Source of the DNA: Candidatus Peregrinibacteria bacterium
GTDB lineage: Bacteria; Patescibacteriota; Gracilibacteria; UBA1369; PNNO01
DNA length: 64,000 nucleotides
Direction of reading: 5' to 3'
NCBI GenBank assembly: GCA_016928915.1
Contig: JAFGJT010000009.1
Coordinates: 60,347-124,346, forward strand
The notes below the pieces were generated by a model. That model was not told the origin of the DNA, ran no database searches, and saw only the letters and a list, made by a program, of their open reading frames with translations. Each line of letters opens with the position of its first letter. Positions within the stretch are counted from its first letter, which is position 1. Both the position numbers and the translations under genes were made by a program. Shown here one piece after another: positions 1-10,458 of the stretch.

Positions 1-1
1 G

Positions 2-1612
2 CAGAAACTTTTTTCAGGCGTTACTCAGCTTGCCAAAGCTGTTCGAATTACGCTAGGTCCAAAAGGTCGAAACGTAGTATTGGATAAAAAATACGGGGCT
101 CCCACGATTACAAACGACGGAGTTACTATCGCGAAAGAAATCGAGCTTAAAGACGCGTACGAGAACATGGGCGCGCAGCTTGTTAGAGAGGTCGCTACAA
201 AAACAAACGACGTTGCGGGAGATGGTACAACAACCGCGACGATCCTTGCGCATGCGATGATTCAGGAAGGTCTTAGAAATCTAACGGCAGGTGCAAATCC
301 AATGAGATTAAAGCTGGGAATTGAAAAAGCGGTTAAGAAAATTGTCGAGCATTTAAAAGAAACGGCAATTCAGATAGGCGATTCAAAAGAGATGATTGAA
401 CAGGTTGCAACAATTTCGGCGCAAAATTCCGAAGTAGGTAAAATTATTGCTGAAATGATGGAGGAAGTGGGTTCCGAGGGTGTTATCACGGTTGAAGAAT
501 CTCAGGCAATGGGCCTTGAAAAAGAGGTTGTAAAAGGCATGCAGTTTGATAACGGATATTTATCGGCCTACATGGTGACCGATCCGCATCAGATGACCGC
601 GGAATATCAGAACGCGAAAATTTTGGTGACTGATAAAAAAATATCTTCAATTCAGGATATTCTTCCTTTAATTGAAAAATTATTGCAGTCAGGAAAGAAG
701 GAACTCGTAATTATTGCGGAAGATGTTGAAGGAGAGGCTCTTGCAACTTTGGTGTTAAACAAACTTCGCGGAGTATTCAGCGTGTTGGCCGTAAAAGCGC
801 CGGCATTCGGCGAAAGAAGAAAAGAAATGTTAAAAGATATTGCTGCTTTAACGGGCGCGAAAGTTATTTCGGAAGAAGTCGGATTGAAACTTGATTCTGC
901 TGATTTAAGCGACCTTGGCGAAGCCCATAAAGTTCTTGCCGATAAAGATAAATGTACAATTGTTGAAGGAAAAGGAAGCCAGAAGGATATTGACGCGAGA
1001 ATTTCGGAAATCAAAGTAACACTGTCAAAATCAACATCGGAATTCGATAAAGAGAAATTACAGGAGAGACTTGCAAAACTTTCAGGCGGAGTTGGAATTA
1101 TAAAAGTGGGCGCGGCAACCGAAGTTGAATTAAAGGAGAAGAAACATAGAATTGAAGATGCTTTGCAGGCAACAAAAGCAGCGGTTGAAGAGGGGATTGT
1201 TCCAGGAGGAGGAGTTGCTTTGCTTGAAGCAAGCGATAAACTGGACGGCTTGAAAAACGGTGAAGCAGACGAGGTGACCGGTTATCATCTTGTAAAAAGC
1301 GCGTTAAAATCACCATTATTTCAGATAGCAATAAACGCCGGCAAAGACGGCGCTGTAATAGTTGATAAAGTTTTACGTTCTAAAGCCGGAATCGGATACG
1401 ACGCGGATAAAGACGATTTTGTTGATATGGTAAAAGCCGGAATCATTGATCCCGCAAAGGTAACAAGAAGCGCGCTTCAGAATGCTGCATCAATCGCGGC
1501 GATATTTTTAACAATGGAAGGCGCGGTTACGGATATACCCGAGGAGAAAAAAGAACACAACCACGGCGGCGGCATGGGCGGCGGTATGGGAGGAATGGAC
1601 ATGGGATATTAG
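2..1612 (+). CDS. groEL: Chaperonin GroEL (Cpn60), 5'-truncated by window edge
   Basis: The frame is open from base 2 ([49 protein letters not shown]). It has the canonical [12 protein letters not shown] motif and a GGM-repeat C-terminus ([15 protein letters not shown]). Confidence 0.97.
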   Translation, partial: QKLFSGVTQLAKAVRITLGPKGRNVVLDKKYGAPTITNDGVTIAKEIELKDAYENMGAQLVREVATKTNDVAGDGTTTATILAHAMIQEGLRNLTAGANPMRLKLGIEKAVKKIVEHLKETAIQIGDSKEMIEQVATISAQNSEVGKIIAEMMEEVGSEGVITVEESQAMGLEKEVVKGMQFDNGYLSAYMVTDPHQMTAEYQNAKILVTDKKISSIQDILPLIEKLLQSGKKELVIIAEDVEGEALATLVLNKLRGVFSVLAVKAPAFGERRKEMLKDIAALTGAKVISEEVGLKLDSADLSDLGEAHKVLADKDKCTIVEGKGSQKDIDARISEIKVTLSKSTSEFDKEKLQERLAKLSGGVGIIKVGAATEVELKEKKHRIEDALQATKAAVEEGIVPGGGVALLEASDKLDGLKNGEADEVTGYHLVKSALKSPLFQIAINAGKDGAVIVDKVLRSKAGIGYDADKDDFVDMVKAGIIDPAKVTRSALQNAASIAAIFLTMEGAVTDIPEEKKEHNHGGGMGGGMGGMDMGY

Positions 1613-1650
1613 AACATTTGCCGACTGACTGTTGACAATAGACAATTGAG

Positions 1651-1684
1651 GGGCTCACTTCTGTGGGCCCTTTTTTATTTTTTG
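1651..1684 (+). terminator. Rho-independent terminator after groEL
   Basis: An 8-bp stem GGGCTCAC/GTGGGCCC (one G-T wobble) with loop TTCT, followed by TTTTTTATTTTTT. It lies 39 nt after the groEL stop. Confidence 0.75.
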
Positions 1685-1927
1685 TCCAGTCTTGACATAT
1701 TCGAAAAATTTTTCAGTTAAAAATCGCCATCGATTGTCGATTTATGGCTTTCTGCGGATAAATTCTACTTGTAATCAATTTGCTAAATTTCGGCCCTGGG
1801 CCGGGTAAGTTTTTCTACGATTTGTTCTGAGTTTTTTGTATTTTATTGGTTAATTTATAGTGGTTGACAAAACGAGTTATAATGTTTTATATTTGTCCTC
1901 CAGGTAATATTAACAACAATTTGTTAT

Positions 1928-2224
1928 ATGGAAACTCCTAAAGAAAATTTAGAGTTAGAGCAGATGGAGGAACAAATGCAGGTTGAGACTATAGAATGTA
2001 CAGATTATTATGAATATAGGCGCGTAATTGCACGGCTGCAAAAAGCGGGATATGAATATATGTATAACGTTGAAAACGATTTGGTTAAACAACATTTGGA
2101 CCATTTTAGACAAATATCCAGATATAAAGCGGTCACTTTTGTAACCGCTTTTAAAGATCCTGATTCCACCCAGGATGATTTTATTATTGATAATACCAAT
2201 ACCGCCATCTGGTATAAGGCTTGA
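1928..2224 (+). CDS. Hypothetical small acidic protein (98 aa)
   Basis: An ORF with no recognisable family that ends in TGA. A TTGACA at 1864-1869 followed 18 nt later by TATATT could be its promoter. Confidence 0.5.
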   Translation: METPKENLELEQMEEQMQVETIECTDYYEYRRVIARLQKAGYEYMYNVENDLVKQHLDHFRQISRYKAVTFVTAFKDPDSTQDDFIIDNTNTAIWYKA

Positions 2225-2312
2225 ATTTAAAAAAGAGTAGAGTTTTTTTACTCGAAAGTTTGGAAAAAAAGAGTCTATTGGTTATAATATAGAAAAATTA
2301 ATTTTTATTTAG

Positions 2313-2714
2313 ATGGCGCATTCAAAAAAATCTAAATCAATGGACGGGCCTGTTAAGTCCGCGAATATTAGTAATAAGCCAATAACACTGCAGGATGAAG
2401 ATGAGTTTGTTGTACGGCATATTGAAGATAATGAACCCGAGCCGTATATACAGAATGCAACAGTTGTTATGGATGAGCCGAAAGCCGGTGAAAAGATTAA
2501 AGTAAAATTTTCAAATTTTGTTCAGCTTGTTGCAACACATAATTATGAAGACGTTGTTCAGAAAAATCATGATGAGGAGATAATTGTGAGCAGCAATCTG
2601 CTTACGGATCTTGCAAACGCGCATGAACAGGAGGAGGAGCGAAGAATTCCCGCTATTTTTATTATAGGAGTTGTTATAGGCATTGTTGTTACGTATATCC
2701 TTCTCAAATTTTAA
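2313..2714 (+). CDS. Hypothetical tail-anchored membrane protein (133 aa)
   Basis: An ORF with an acidic body and a single C-terminal hydrophobic helix (IPAIFIIGVVIGIVVTYILL). No family recognised. Confidence 0.55.
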   Translation: MAHSKKSKSMDGPVKSANISNKPITLQDEDEFVVRHIEDNEPEPYIQNATVVMDEPKAGEKIKVKFSNFVQLVATHNYEDVVQKNHDEEIIVSSNLLTDLANAHEQEEERRIPAIFIIGVVIGIVVTYILLKF

Positions 2715-2724
2715 TAATTTTTTT

Positions 2725-3444
2725 ATGAGCCCAAGTACAGTCAGGTATAAAAGAGTTTTGCTTAAACTTTCGGGCGAAGTGCTGCAGGGTAAAAGGCAGT
2801 CCGGAATAGATACGGAATATGTTGAACAATTATGTAAAGAAATAAAAGAAGTCCATGATCTGGGCGTGCAGATAGGTATAGTCGTGGGAGGCGGCAATAT
2901 ATGGAGATACAGGGATTTTAAACAGTCAGGCATTGAGAGAATTATGTCGGACAATATGGGGATGATGGCAACGGTTATGAACGGATCGGCCATGAAAAGC
3001 GCTTTTGAAAAGCTTGGCCTTGAAACCAGGGTTGTTTCCGCACTTCGCGTTCAGCAGGTAGCGGAAGATTATTATCCGCCGCGCGCTCTTCATCATCTTC
3101 AGCAGAACAGAATTGTGATCTGTGTCGGAGGAACGGGAAATCCATACTTTACAACCGATTCGGCGGCCGCACTCAGAGCTCTTGAACTTAACTGCGACAT
3201 TCTGCTTAAAGCCACAAAAGTTGACGGTGTTTATAACGCGGATCCCGAAAAAGACAGCAAAGCACGCATGTTTGATAAAATTTCTTATAAAGATGTGCTT
3301 ACACAGGATCTTAAAGTTATGGACCTTGCGGCGGTTGCTTTATGCAAGGACGACAATATGCCAATTTTAGTCTTTAATTTATTTAAAAAAGGAAACATTA
3401 AAAAAGCCGTTCTCGGCGAAAAGCTTGGAACGCTTGTATCATAA
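2725..3444 (+). CDS. pyrH: UMP kinase
   Basis: MSPSTVRYKRVLLKLSGEVL..., then VVGGGNIWR and a TTDSAAALRA-type motif. I moved the start to the internal ATG at 2725, because the 2683 start would overlap the upstream gene and adds non-homologous residues. Confidence 0.93.
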   Translation: MSPSTVRYKRVLLKLSGEVLQGKRQSGIDTEYVEQLCKEIKEVHDLGVQIGIVVGGGNIWRYRDFKQSGIERIMSDNMGMMATVMNGSAMKSAFEKLGLETRVVSALRVQQVAEDYYPPRALHHLQQNRIVICVGGTGNPYFTTDSAAALRALELNCDILLKATKVDGVYNADPEKDSKARMFDKISYKDVLTQDLKVMDLAAVALCKDDNMPILVFNLFKKGNIKKAVLGEKLGTLVS

Positions 3445-3462
3445 TTTTTTAACTTAACAAAC

Positions 3463-4023
3463 ATGTCAACACAGCCATATCTTGAAGCCGCAAAAAATGA
3501 ATTTAAAAAAACCTGCGATCATTTAAAAGGGGATTATGCAAAACTTCAGATCGGCCGCGCGTCGGCAACTTTAATCGAAGATGTTAAAGTTGAAGCATAC
3601 GGTACACTTCAGCCTTTAAAAGCTGTCGCAAGCATTTCGTGCCCTGACTCAAAGACCATTCAGATTCAGCCGTGGGATAAGGCGAATTTGAGTCATATTG
3701 AAACCGCAATTAAAATATCCGGTCTTAATTTTAATCCAATTAACGACGGTACATATGTAAGAATAAATATTCCCGCTTTAACCGAGGAAAGGAGGGCTGA
3801 ACTTACAAAACTTGTTAATAAAATGGCCGAGGATGCAAGAATTGCCATAAGAAACGCGAGGCAGACCGCGCACGAAGCCTTTAAAAAGCTCGAAGCCGAT
3901 AAAAAAATCAGCGAGGACGATAACAGGCTTGCTGATAAAAATTTACAGAGTGAAGTTGATAAATTTAATAAAGAAATTGAAGATCTGGCCAAAGCAAAAG
4001 AATCGGACATAATGAAAATATAA
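3463..4023 (+). CDS. frr: Ribosome recycling factor
   Basis: 186 aa with typical RRF sequence (IRVEAYG-like VKVEAYGTLQPLKAVASI, LTEERRAELTK, IRNARQ). The pyrH-frr synteny is conserved. Confidence 0.95.
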   Translation: MSTQPYLEAAKNEFKKTCDHLKGDYAKLQIGRASATLIEDVKVEAYGTLQPLKAVASISCPDSKTIQIQPWDKANLSHIETAIKISGLNFNPINDGTYVRINIPALTEERRAELTKLVNKMAEDARIAIRNARQTAHEAFKKLEADKKISEDDNRLADKNLQSEVDKFNKEIEDLAKAKESDIMKI

Positions 4024-4041
4024 AAAATAACTTTTTTAAAT

Positions 4042-5679
4042 ATGGAACTTCTTGTTTCAGCTGTTGCATTTTTGATAATTTTTTCTGTAATTATTCTTAT
4101 TCATGAATTCGGGCATTTTTATGTAGCAAAGAAATCCGGAATAAAAGTTGAAGAATTTGGTATCGGACTGCCTCCTCGCATATGGGGGAAAAAATATAAA
4201 GGAACCATTTATTCGGTTAACTGGATCCCTTTTGGCGGTTTTAACAAACTTATGGGAGAGGACTCAACTAATCCCGCTGTGTTAAAAAGCAAGCAGAGTT
4301 TTGCCGGCAAGCCGTTAAGAATTCGAATGGCGGTTGTTTGCGCCGGTGTTTTTATGAATTTTTTACTGGCCTTCATTTTACTCACAATAGGATTTTCAAT
4401 AGGCATTGAACCGCTTATTGTAAACGGCGAGGATGTCTATAATGCTATAAATAATAAAACAATTGAAATTTCACATGACATCAGGGTTAAATCCGTTCAA
4501 AAAGACAGCGCCGCAGAAAAGGCCGGCATACTCAAGGATGATGTCATTATAAAGATTAACGGCGAAGATATTAAAGAAACTGCTCAGCTTGATGTGCTTA
4601 CCTCGGATGCTCCAAGGGAAGAACTATTTATTGATTTAAAAAGAGGAGATAATCGGTTTTATGTGCTCCTGCCTGAAATTTCACAGACAACATCTGACCG
4701 GCAGGGAATGGGCCTTACACTGTACGATCCCATATATCTTCCGCGTGTTTTTGTTAAGGATGTAAAAGCAGACAGCGAGTCAGCCCTCGCGGATATACGC
4801 CCCGGAGACATTATTGTGGAAATTAATGAAATACCTGCTTATACCGTAACGGATTATCTTAACTTAATAATTAAAGAGAATGTTATAAATTACAAGTTAT
4901 TGCGAAACAATGAAATTATTGCCGCAAAGGTTGAATTCTCCGATAAAAACAGAGTTATTGTAATGAATGTTGAAGCTGATATGCCCGCAGCCGAAGCCGG
5001 GTTTATTCACGGAGACTTGATTTTATCAATTAACGATAAGGAAATTTTAACCCCCGATGAAGCAATTGCGGTTACAAAACAGAATATCGGCAAGTCTCTT
5101 TTGTATAAGATCGACAGAAACGGTGAAATTCTTGATTTAACTGTTACTCCGGAGCAAAGCGGCCGGATCGGGGTTGGTCTTATTACAGTATTGTCATATA
5201 AAAACAGCCAGTTGAGCGTATATAATGCGGAATCACTGGCATCCGTCATTAAGGTGAATGAAGTTAAATACCCGATTCATCTGGCTTTTAAACAAGCTCT
5301 TAATGAAAGCGGGAGATTAGCAGTTTTAACGGTTGATATGTTCGGCAATTTGGTTAAATCGGTATTCAGCAGACTTGCGGTACCCGAAGGGGTTGCGGGG
5401 CCTGTGGGCATTGCCAGGCTGACTCATGTTTTTGCACAACAGGGTCTGCTTGCGCTGCTTCGTTTTACTGCGCTTTTATCTTTAAGTCTTGCTGTAATTA
5501 ATATACTGCCCCTACCGGCGCTTGACGGAGGAAGGCTGCTTTTTTTGCTTGTTGAAGCGGTAAGAGGCAAGCGCGTTCCGGCAAAATGGGAAACAGCAAT
5601 ACATACTTTCGGCTTTTTGTTGCTTATAGGTCTTATTTTTATTATTACATATTCGGATATACTGAATATTTTTTTATAA
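4042..5679 (+). CDS. rseP: RIP site-2 zinc metalloprotease (M50, RseP family) with three PDZ-like modules
   Basis: HEFGH in the first TM helix and a C-terminal NILPLPALDGG motif. Three PDZ-like segments are visible (SAAEKAGILKDDVIIKING, ESALADIRPGDIIVEINE, MPAAEAGFIHGDLILSIND). Confidence 0.9.
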   Translation: MELLVSAVAFLIIFSVIILIHEFGHFYVAKKSGIKVEEFGIGLPPRIWGKKYKGTIYSVNWIPFGGFNKLMGEDSTNPAVLKSKQSFAGKPLRIRMAVVCAGVFMNFLLAFILLTIGFSIGIEPLIVNGEDVYNAINNKTIEISHDIRVKSVQKDSAAEKAGILKDDVIIKINGEDIKETAQLDVLTSDAPREELFIDLKRGDNRFYVLLPEISQTTSDRQGMGLTLYDPIYLPRVFVKDVKADSESALADIRPGDIIVEINEIPAYTVTDYLNLIIKENVINYKLLRNNEIIAAKVEFSDKNRVIVMNVEADMPAAEAGFIHGDLILSINDKEILTPDEAIAVTKQNIGKSLLYKIDRNGEILDLTVTPEQSGRIGVGLITVLSYKNSQLSVYNAESLASVIKVNEVKYPIHLAFKQALNESGRLAVLTVDMFGNLVKSVFSRLAVPEGVAGPVGIARLTHVFAQQGLLALLRFTALLSLSLAVINILPLPALDGGRLLFLLVEAVRGKRVPAKWETAIHTFGFLLLIGLIFIITYSDILNIFL

Positions 5680-5919
5680 GATTTTTATAAAAATTTTATA
5701 AAAAGAGTTGCAAATATTTTTAAGATGATTTCTGGGATTATTGCGATAATTTTTGAATTATTTTTTAAGTTAAAGATACTATCTACATGTTGTGTGCCTT
5801 ATATACACACAACTGCTATATATAGGTTCAAAAAAATTGAACGAGAACAGCTTGATTAAGTAATAAATTAAATATTACTATAGGGACCCAACCTGTTGAA
5901 TTAAAGCCCCATATTTGCT
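5680..5919. other. Candidate oriC / dnaA upstream control region (weak)
   Basis: A 240-nt AT-rich non-coding gap immediately 5' of dnaA. It holds an inverted repeat TGTGTG-N9-CACACA at 5791-5811 and only degenerate DnaA-box-like 9-mers (CTATCTACA at 5779-5787, ATATACACA at 5801-5809). Confidence 0.3.
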
Positions 5920-7353
5920 ATGTCACTTACCTTAAAACAGCTCTGGCAGACTATTCTTGTAAGGCTTAAACCAACCATAAGCCTTCCTTCTTTTAAAACC
6001 TGGTTTCAGGATACCGGTATTTTGGAAAAAAACGGTTCTGAAATTGTTATAGGGTTTCCGACCCCTTTTTCAAAAGAATGGGTAGAAGGAAAATATCATA
6101 TAAAAATTTTTCAGGCCGCAAAGGAGGCTGATAATGAGATTGAAACAATAAAGTACATAATAAGTCCTTCACTTGCAAATCCCGAATCTCCTTTTAAAGT
6201 TACTCTGGAATCGGTGCTTGACGAAACCGATGAGAAAAAAGTCAGAAAGGTAAGAAACAAAAACGAGGTACATATAGGCAGCGGACTTAAAAGCAGAAAA
6301 TTAAGCATTAAATATACGCTTGATAATTTCATTGTCGGCAAAGACAACCGTTTGGCACATGCCGCCTGTATGGCTGTTTCAAATATGCCCGGAGGCATTT
6401 ATAATCCATTGTATGTATTTTCAGCTCCGGGTCTTGGCAAAACACATCTTTTACAGGCCGCGGCCCACGGCATTATAAACAGTTTTCCGGATTCCCGGGT
6501 TGTTTACATGACCGCCGAACAGTTCACAAACGAAATAATTGAAGCCATAGGCAAAAGAAGAACAAAGGAATTTAAGGATAAATACAGAACCGCTGATTGC
6601 TTTGTGCTTGACGATATCCAGTTCCTTGAGAACAAGGACATGAGCCAGATGGAGTTTTTTCACACGTTTAATGATTTATATGATTCAAACAAACAGATCA
6701 TAGTGAGTTCAGACAGCCCTCCCAAAGATCTTGACGGCTTTAAAGAAAGATTGAAGAGCAGATTCGGCATGGGCACAGTCGTTGAAATTCTTCCACCGGA
6801 TTATGAAACAAGATTTGCTATTTTAAAGCAGAGGTGTCAGGATCTAGAAATTGTTATTGATCCTGAAATTCTTGAGTTTATTGCATTCCATATGGAGGGC
6901 AATGTGCGTGATCTGATAGGTGTGCTTATGCAGGTTGTTTCTCAGTCCACATTAAGTTCTGTTCAGCCATCAATTAAGCTTGTGGCGGAAATTCTGCGCA
7001 CCCAGCATAAAATTCAGAATATTCACGACAGGAATAACAGGCTTGCCGAACTAAGCATAACAAGCGGCTTAACAATGCAGAGAATTATCGAGGCCGTTTC
7101 AATATACTTTAATATATCCAAAAACGATTTGATCGGTCCGGTAAGGAAAAGAGAAGTTTTAATGCCAAGACATGTCTGTATGTATTTAATAAAGCACGAA
7201 CTTGATCATTCTTATGAAAAAATAGGGGAAGTATTCGGCAACAGAAACCATACTACCGTGCTTCATGCTTATAATTGCGTAGCAGAAAAGCTTAAAACCG
7301 ATTTTAGACTTATAAGGGATATTAATGCGATAAAAAAAGAAATGGGCATTTAA
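5920..7353 (+). CDS. dnaA: Chromosomal replication initiator DnaA
   Basis: 477 aa. N-terminal LWQTILVRLK, Walker A GLGKTHLLQA, DDIQFL, and a C-terminal DNA-binding domain (RHVCMYLIKHELDHSYEKIGEVFGNRNHTTVLHA). Confidence 0.96.
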   Translation: MSLTLKQLWQTILVRLKPTISLPSFKTWFQDTGILEKNGSEIVIGFPTPFSKEWVEGKYHIKIFQAAKEADNEIETIKYIISPSLANPESPFKVTLESVLDETDEKKVRKVRNKNEVHIGSGLKSRKLSIKYTLDNFIVGKDNRLAHAACMAVSNMPGGIYNPLYVFSAPGLGKTHLLQAAAHGIINSFPDSRVVYMTAEQFTNEIIEAIGKRRTKEFKDKYRTADCFVLDDIQFLENKDMSQMEFFHTFNDLYDSNKQIIVSSDSPPKDLDGFKERLKSRFGMGTVVEILPPDYETRFAILKQRCQDLEIVIDPEILEFIAFHMEGNVRDLIGVLMQVVSQSTLSSVQPSIKLVAEILRTQHKIQNIHDRNNRLAELSITSGLTMQRIIEAVSIYFNISKNDLIGPVRKREVLMPRHVCMYLIKHELDHSYEKIGEVFGNRNHTTVLHAYNCVAEKLKTDFRLIRDINAIKKEMGI

Positions 7354-7435
7354 TTAATTATATGAACAAAAAACTTTACTTTTTATGCCTTGATTTTTAT
7401 ACTAAGCCTGTCTTTTTTCTTAACATATAAAATAA

Positions 7436-8959
7436 ATGACTTTACATCGTTTGCCAAGAAAACGTCCCATTGATTACATACTTCCTTTTTTGATCATTAT
7501 ATGCACAGGCGTGATAGTTGTGCTTGGGTATCAGTTGTGGACTTCGCTGAACACCGATAACAACGAGAAAGATATATATATGTATGTTGCGCAGGGCAGC
7601 TCCAAAATTTTACCCTGGGGCGCCGGGGAATGGGAAAGGGGATATAACGGCACAAGGCTTTTACAGGGAGATTCTTTAAAAACCCAGAGCGGCGGCAGAA
7701 TAGTGATGGAGTTTTTTAATGATCATTATATAAGACTCGATGAAAGCACCGAACTTTCTTTGAATGAAATTAAAAAAAACGGTGAAGCTTATGAAATTAC
7801 GGTTATTTTATCGGAGGGGAAAATCTGGATCAACAATAATGAAAATTCACAGACACCGGTAAAATTTACGGTTCAGACAAATCATACGGTTGTTAAGACA
7901 GTCGGAACAATATACGAAATTGAACAAACGGCCGCATCCGAAGTTTTGCGTGTAATTAAAGGCGCTATTATGGCGGACATCTTTATTGATGATAACGGCA
8001 AAAAGAGCAAAGTCGAAACTCTTCAGATAGGAGTAGGGCAGGAGGCGATTTTAACCGATCAAGTTATTCAGCAGTATGTGCAGAGGCTTTCTCCGTCAGT
8101 TGTTAATGCGCTTTCAGATATATTTAAAGACAGCGGATTTTATAAATGGAACATGGCGGAAGACCAGAATCCGACCGATTTTACCAGTTCATCTTATGTT
8201 GCAACATTAAGCGATGAATTTGCGACTCCTGAAATTTCAACAGAGGAAACATCGGAAGCTGAGCTTGCGTCTCCTGTTATTACGGTTCCTTCATCGTTAA
8301 ATTTTTCAACACCCGAATCATCACTGACTATCAGGGGCACAACCGTTTCTGCAACAAAGAAGATGATGGTTGAAATTAAAGCGGGCAGCGCTACAAACAC
8401 TTATGAACTTAATTTATATATGCCGGGCAATACCGATTGGAGCTTTATAGTTTCACAGGATGCCGGCACCATGAAAACGGGATTAAACGAATATTATTTC
8501 TATGCTCTCGGTGACGAAGACGCAAAAAGCGCCAAAACAAAGCTCATTGTGGCTTATAATTCCGAAACATCAGAAGAAGAAGATGATGAACCGGCTGCAC
8601 AAGATCTTGGTCCGCTTACCGCTCCGGTAGTTGTTTCGTATAACGGCAGCCCTTCAAATACCGTGGAGCAGGAGCCTATAAGGGTATCGGGAACGGTTTC
8701 CGGCGCTGAAAAAGTGATTGTAAACGGTTATCAGCTTTCTGCTTTTAAATCCGGCGATACAACATGGATTTATAATGTAAAAGAATCATACGGCAATTTA
8801 AAACCCGGGGAAAACACTTACACTGTTGAAGCTGTAGGTAAGGACGGTTCAAAAAAATCCACGGAGTTTGTGATTATTTATAATAAACCGGCAGCAGAAG
8901 AAACAACACCCGAAGAAACAATAACCGAAGAAACGGCAACTCCCGAAGCAGAGACTTAA
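7436..8959 (+). CDS. Hypothetical membrane-anchored surface protein (FecR-like segment plus two Ig-like modules)
   Basis: N-terminal TM (ILPFLIIICTGVIVVLGY) and a beta-rich FecR-like region (GRIVMEFFNDHYIRLDESTELSL). Two roughly 100-aa beta modules are separated by acidic/Thr-rich linkers. The domain assignments are tentative. Confidence 0.55.
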   Translation: MTLHRLPRKRPIDYILPFLIIICTGVIVVLGYQLWTSLNTDNNEKDIYMYVAQGSSKILPWGAGEWERGYNGTRLLQGDSLKTQSGGRIVMEFFNDHYIRLDESTELSLNEIKKNGEAYEITVILSEGKIWINNNENSQTPVKFTVQTNHTVVKTVGTIYEIEQTAASEVLRVIKGAIMADIFIDDNGKKSKVETLQIGVGQEAILTDQVIQQYVQRLSPSVVNALSDIFKDSGFYKWNMAEDQNPTDFTSSSYVATLSDEFATPEISTEETSEAELASPVITVPSSLNFSTPESSLTIRGTTVSATKKMMVEIKAGSATNTYELNLYMPGNTDWSFIVSQDAGTMKTGLNEYYFYALGDEDAKSAKTKLIVAYNSETSEEEDDEPAAQDLGPLTAPVVVSYNGSPSNTVEQEPIRVSGTVSGAEKVIVNGYQLSAFKSGDTTWIYNVKESYGNLKPGENTYTVEAVGKDGSKKSTEFVIIYNKPAAEETTPEETITEETATPEAET

Positions 8960-8964
8960 TGTTA

Positions 8965-9996
8965 TTAAAGGTATCTGGCCTTATTAATATTGTGTTCTTC
9001 GTTTGTTTTAGCGTAAATTACTTCTCCTGTGTCAGCGGTCGTTAAATAATACCAGTAATCGCTTGTCTGCGGCTCAAAAGCGGCTTTAATATGTTCAATA
9101 TCGGGATTGCAGATTGGTCCGGGAGGCATTCCCACATATAAACGGGTATTATATGGAGAATCAATTGCAAGGTCTTCGGAATCTATTTTTTTCTTTTTTG
9201 TTGCATATAAAATGGTTGCGTCAGCCCCTATGTGCCAGTTGGATTCATAACGCTTCCATAAAATTCCCGAAACAAGGTTGTAGTCTTTGGCTGTTCTTAC
9301 CTCTCTTTGCAGAATTGAAGCCATAATGATCGTTTTATGAGGATCTATATTTTGCTGAATAAGAATCTGATCAAGAGTTTTGTATTTTTTTTCAAAATTA
9401 TTCAGCATTTTTGCTATTAAATCCCCGGAATTAAAATCAACCGGATCAATAAAATATGTGTCAGGATAAAGATATCCTTCAAGCGGAGCCTCCAGCCCTG
9501 ACATTTTTTCCCTGTTTAAAAACCAGTAAGACTCATAATCATTAAATTCTTTTACCGTTTTAATAAATTCGCCGGGGTTGATTAGTTCCATTTCAGCCAG
9601 TTTTACATCAATATCGTTGACAGTCAGCCCTTCCTGTACGGTTAGAACAAATTCCGATTCTGTTTTTGTCGTGATTGTATCCAGTATTTCAGGAACATTC
9701 ATTGATTTATTAAGAATGAACCGTCCGGCTATTATTTTTTTATCGCCGCCTGTAAACCTTGTATAAATATTAAAAGTCAGATTGCTTTTAATTAAGCCGT
9801 TTTTGGCAAGGGTCTCGGCTATATCACCGATTGAACTGCCTTTTTTTATAATTATTGAGATGTTTTCAGTGTTGTTGCTGTCAGCAGGTGAAAATATTGT
9901 GTAGTTAAAATAAAATCCGGCAAGAAAAATTAAAATAATCAGCCCCAATACCGCTTTACTTAAAAGTCTTTTCTTTTTCATACATTTTTCTGTCAA
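8965..9996 (-). CDS. mltG: Endolytic murein transglycosylase MltG (YceG family)
   Basis: N-terminal TM, followed by YceG signatures (ASILQREV, DSPYNTRLYVGMPPGPICNPD). The start could instead be the ATG at 9981 (MKKKRLL). Confidence 0.88.
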   Translation of the reverse strand: MTEKCMKKKRLLSKAVLGLIILIFLAGFYFNYTIFSPADSNNTENISIIIKKGSSIGDIAETLAKNGLIKSNLTFNIYTRFTGGDKKIIAGRFILNKSMNVPEILDTITTKTESEFVLTVQEGLTVNDIDVKLAEMELINPGEFIKTVKEFNDYESYWFLNREKMSGLEAPLEGYLYPDTYFIDPVDFNSGDLIAKMLNNFEKKYKTLDQILIQQNIDPHKTIIMASILQREVRTAKDYNLVSGILWKRYESNWHIGADATILYATKKKKIDSEDLAIDSPYNTRLYVGMPPGPICNPDIEHIKAAFEPQTSDYWYYLTTADTGEVIYAKTNEEHNINKARYL

Positions 9997-9999
9997 AAA

Positions 10000-10293
10000 T
10001 TACATGCCGGGAAGTCCGCCAAGCCCCATATCACCCATAACTCCCTTCATTTCTTCGGCTCCTATTTGTTGTGATCGTTTTATTGCTTTGTTTAACGCTT
10101 TAACAATATTGTCCTGCATTTTCTTTTTATTTGACATAGCATCCTCCGAAATTTCAACATGTATAATTTCCTGCTGGCCGTCCACAACAACTTTTACGCC
10201 TTCAATTTCAGCTTCAATATGCGTGTTCTGCAGCTTGTCGCGTATCTGTTTTGCTTGTTTCTGAAGCTGATACATGTCTTTAAATTTATTCAT
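10000..10293 (-). CDS. ybaB: Nucleoid-associated protein YbaB/EbfC
   Basis: MNKFKDMYQLQKQAKQIRDKLQ...VEAEIEGVKVVVDGQQEI...GLPGM is typical of YbaB. I trimmed the start to the ATG at 10293, because the 30 upstream codons look non-coding. Confidence 0.85.
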   Translation of the reverse strand: MNKFKDMYQLQKQAKQIRDKLQNTHIEAEIEGVKVVVDGQQEIIHVEISEDAMSNKKKMQDNIVKALNKAIKRSQQIGAEEMKGVMGDMGLGGLPGM

Positions 10294-10458
10294 AATTAAC
10301 TGTGTTAATTTAAATTTTTTGCTTTTATCGCCCGTATATTTTACAGATAATAAAAAGCATAGTAAAGATTTATTAGGCTGCAAAATTATTTCTCTTGCCT
10401 TTAACTTTGTTTTTAGCTAAACTTTTCACGCTTATTTTAAGTTATAATTATTATAAAT

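Noticed and set aside
1864-1883. TTGACA and TATAAT hexamers lie close together upstream of the 98-aa ORF. A similar TTGAAA-N8-TACAAT occurs near 14760-14780.
   Set aside because: The spacing is only 8 nt, which is incompatible with sigma-70 geometry. A TTGACA-18-TATATT reading is possible at the first site but weak. The resemblance between the two sites is probably chance in AT-rich DNA.
1613-1927. The 315-nt gap after groEL could hold a small RNA or a CIRCE/HrcA operator. It contains an ATCGA-TTG-TCGAT palindrome and a CGGCC-CTG-GGCCG hairpin.
   Set aside because: There is no match to the CIRCE consensus (TTAGCACTC-N9-GAGTGCTAA), which would be expected upstream of groES anyway. I recognise no SRP, 6S, RNase P or tmRNA motifs. 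The hairpins are short.
2683-2724. The ORF track gives N-terminal extensions for pyrH (2683), the DUF3048 gene (10979), ybaB (10383), holA (24128), tpiA (33972) and truB (38639).
   Set aside because: The extensions overlap upstream genes or promoter regions, are not homologous to the families, and an internal ATG reproduces the canonical N-terminus. I moved the starts accordingly. The holA start remains the least certain.
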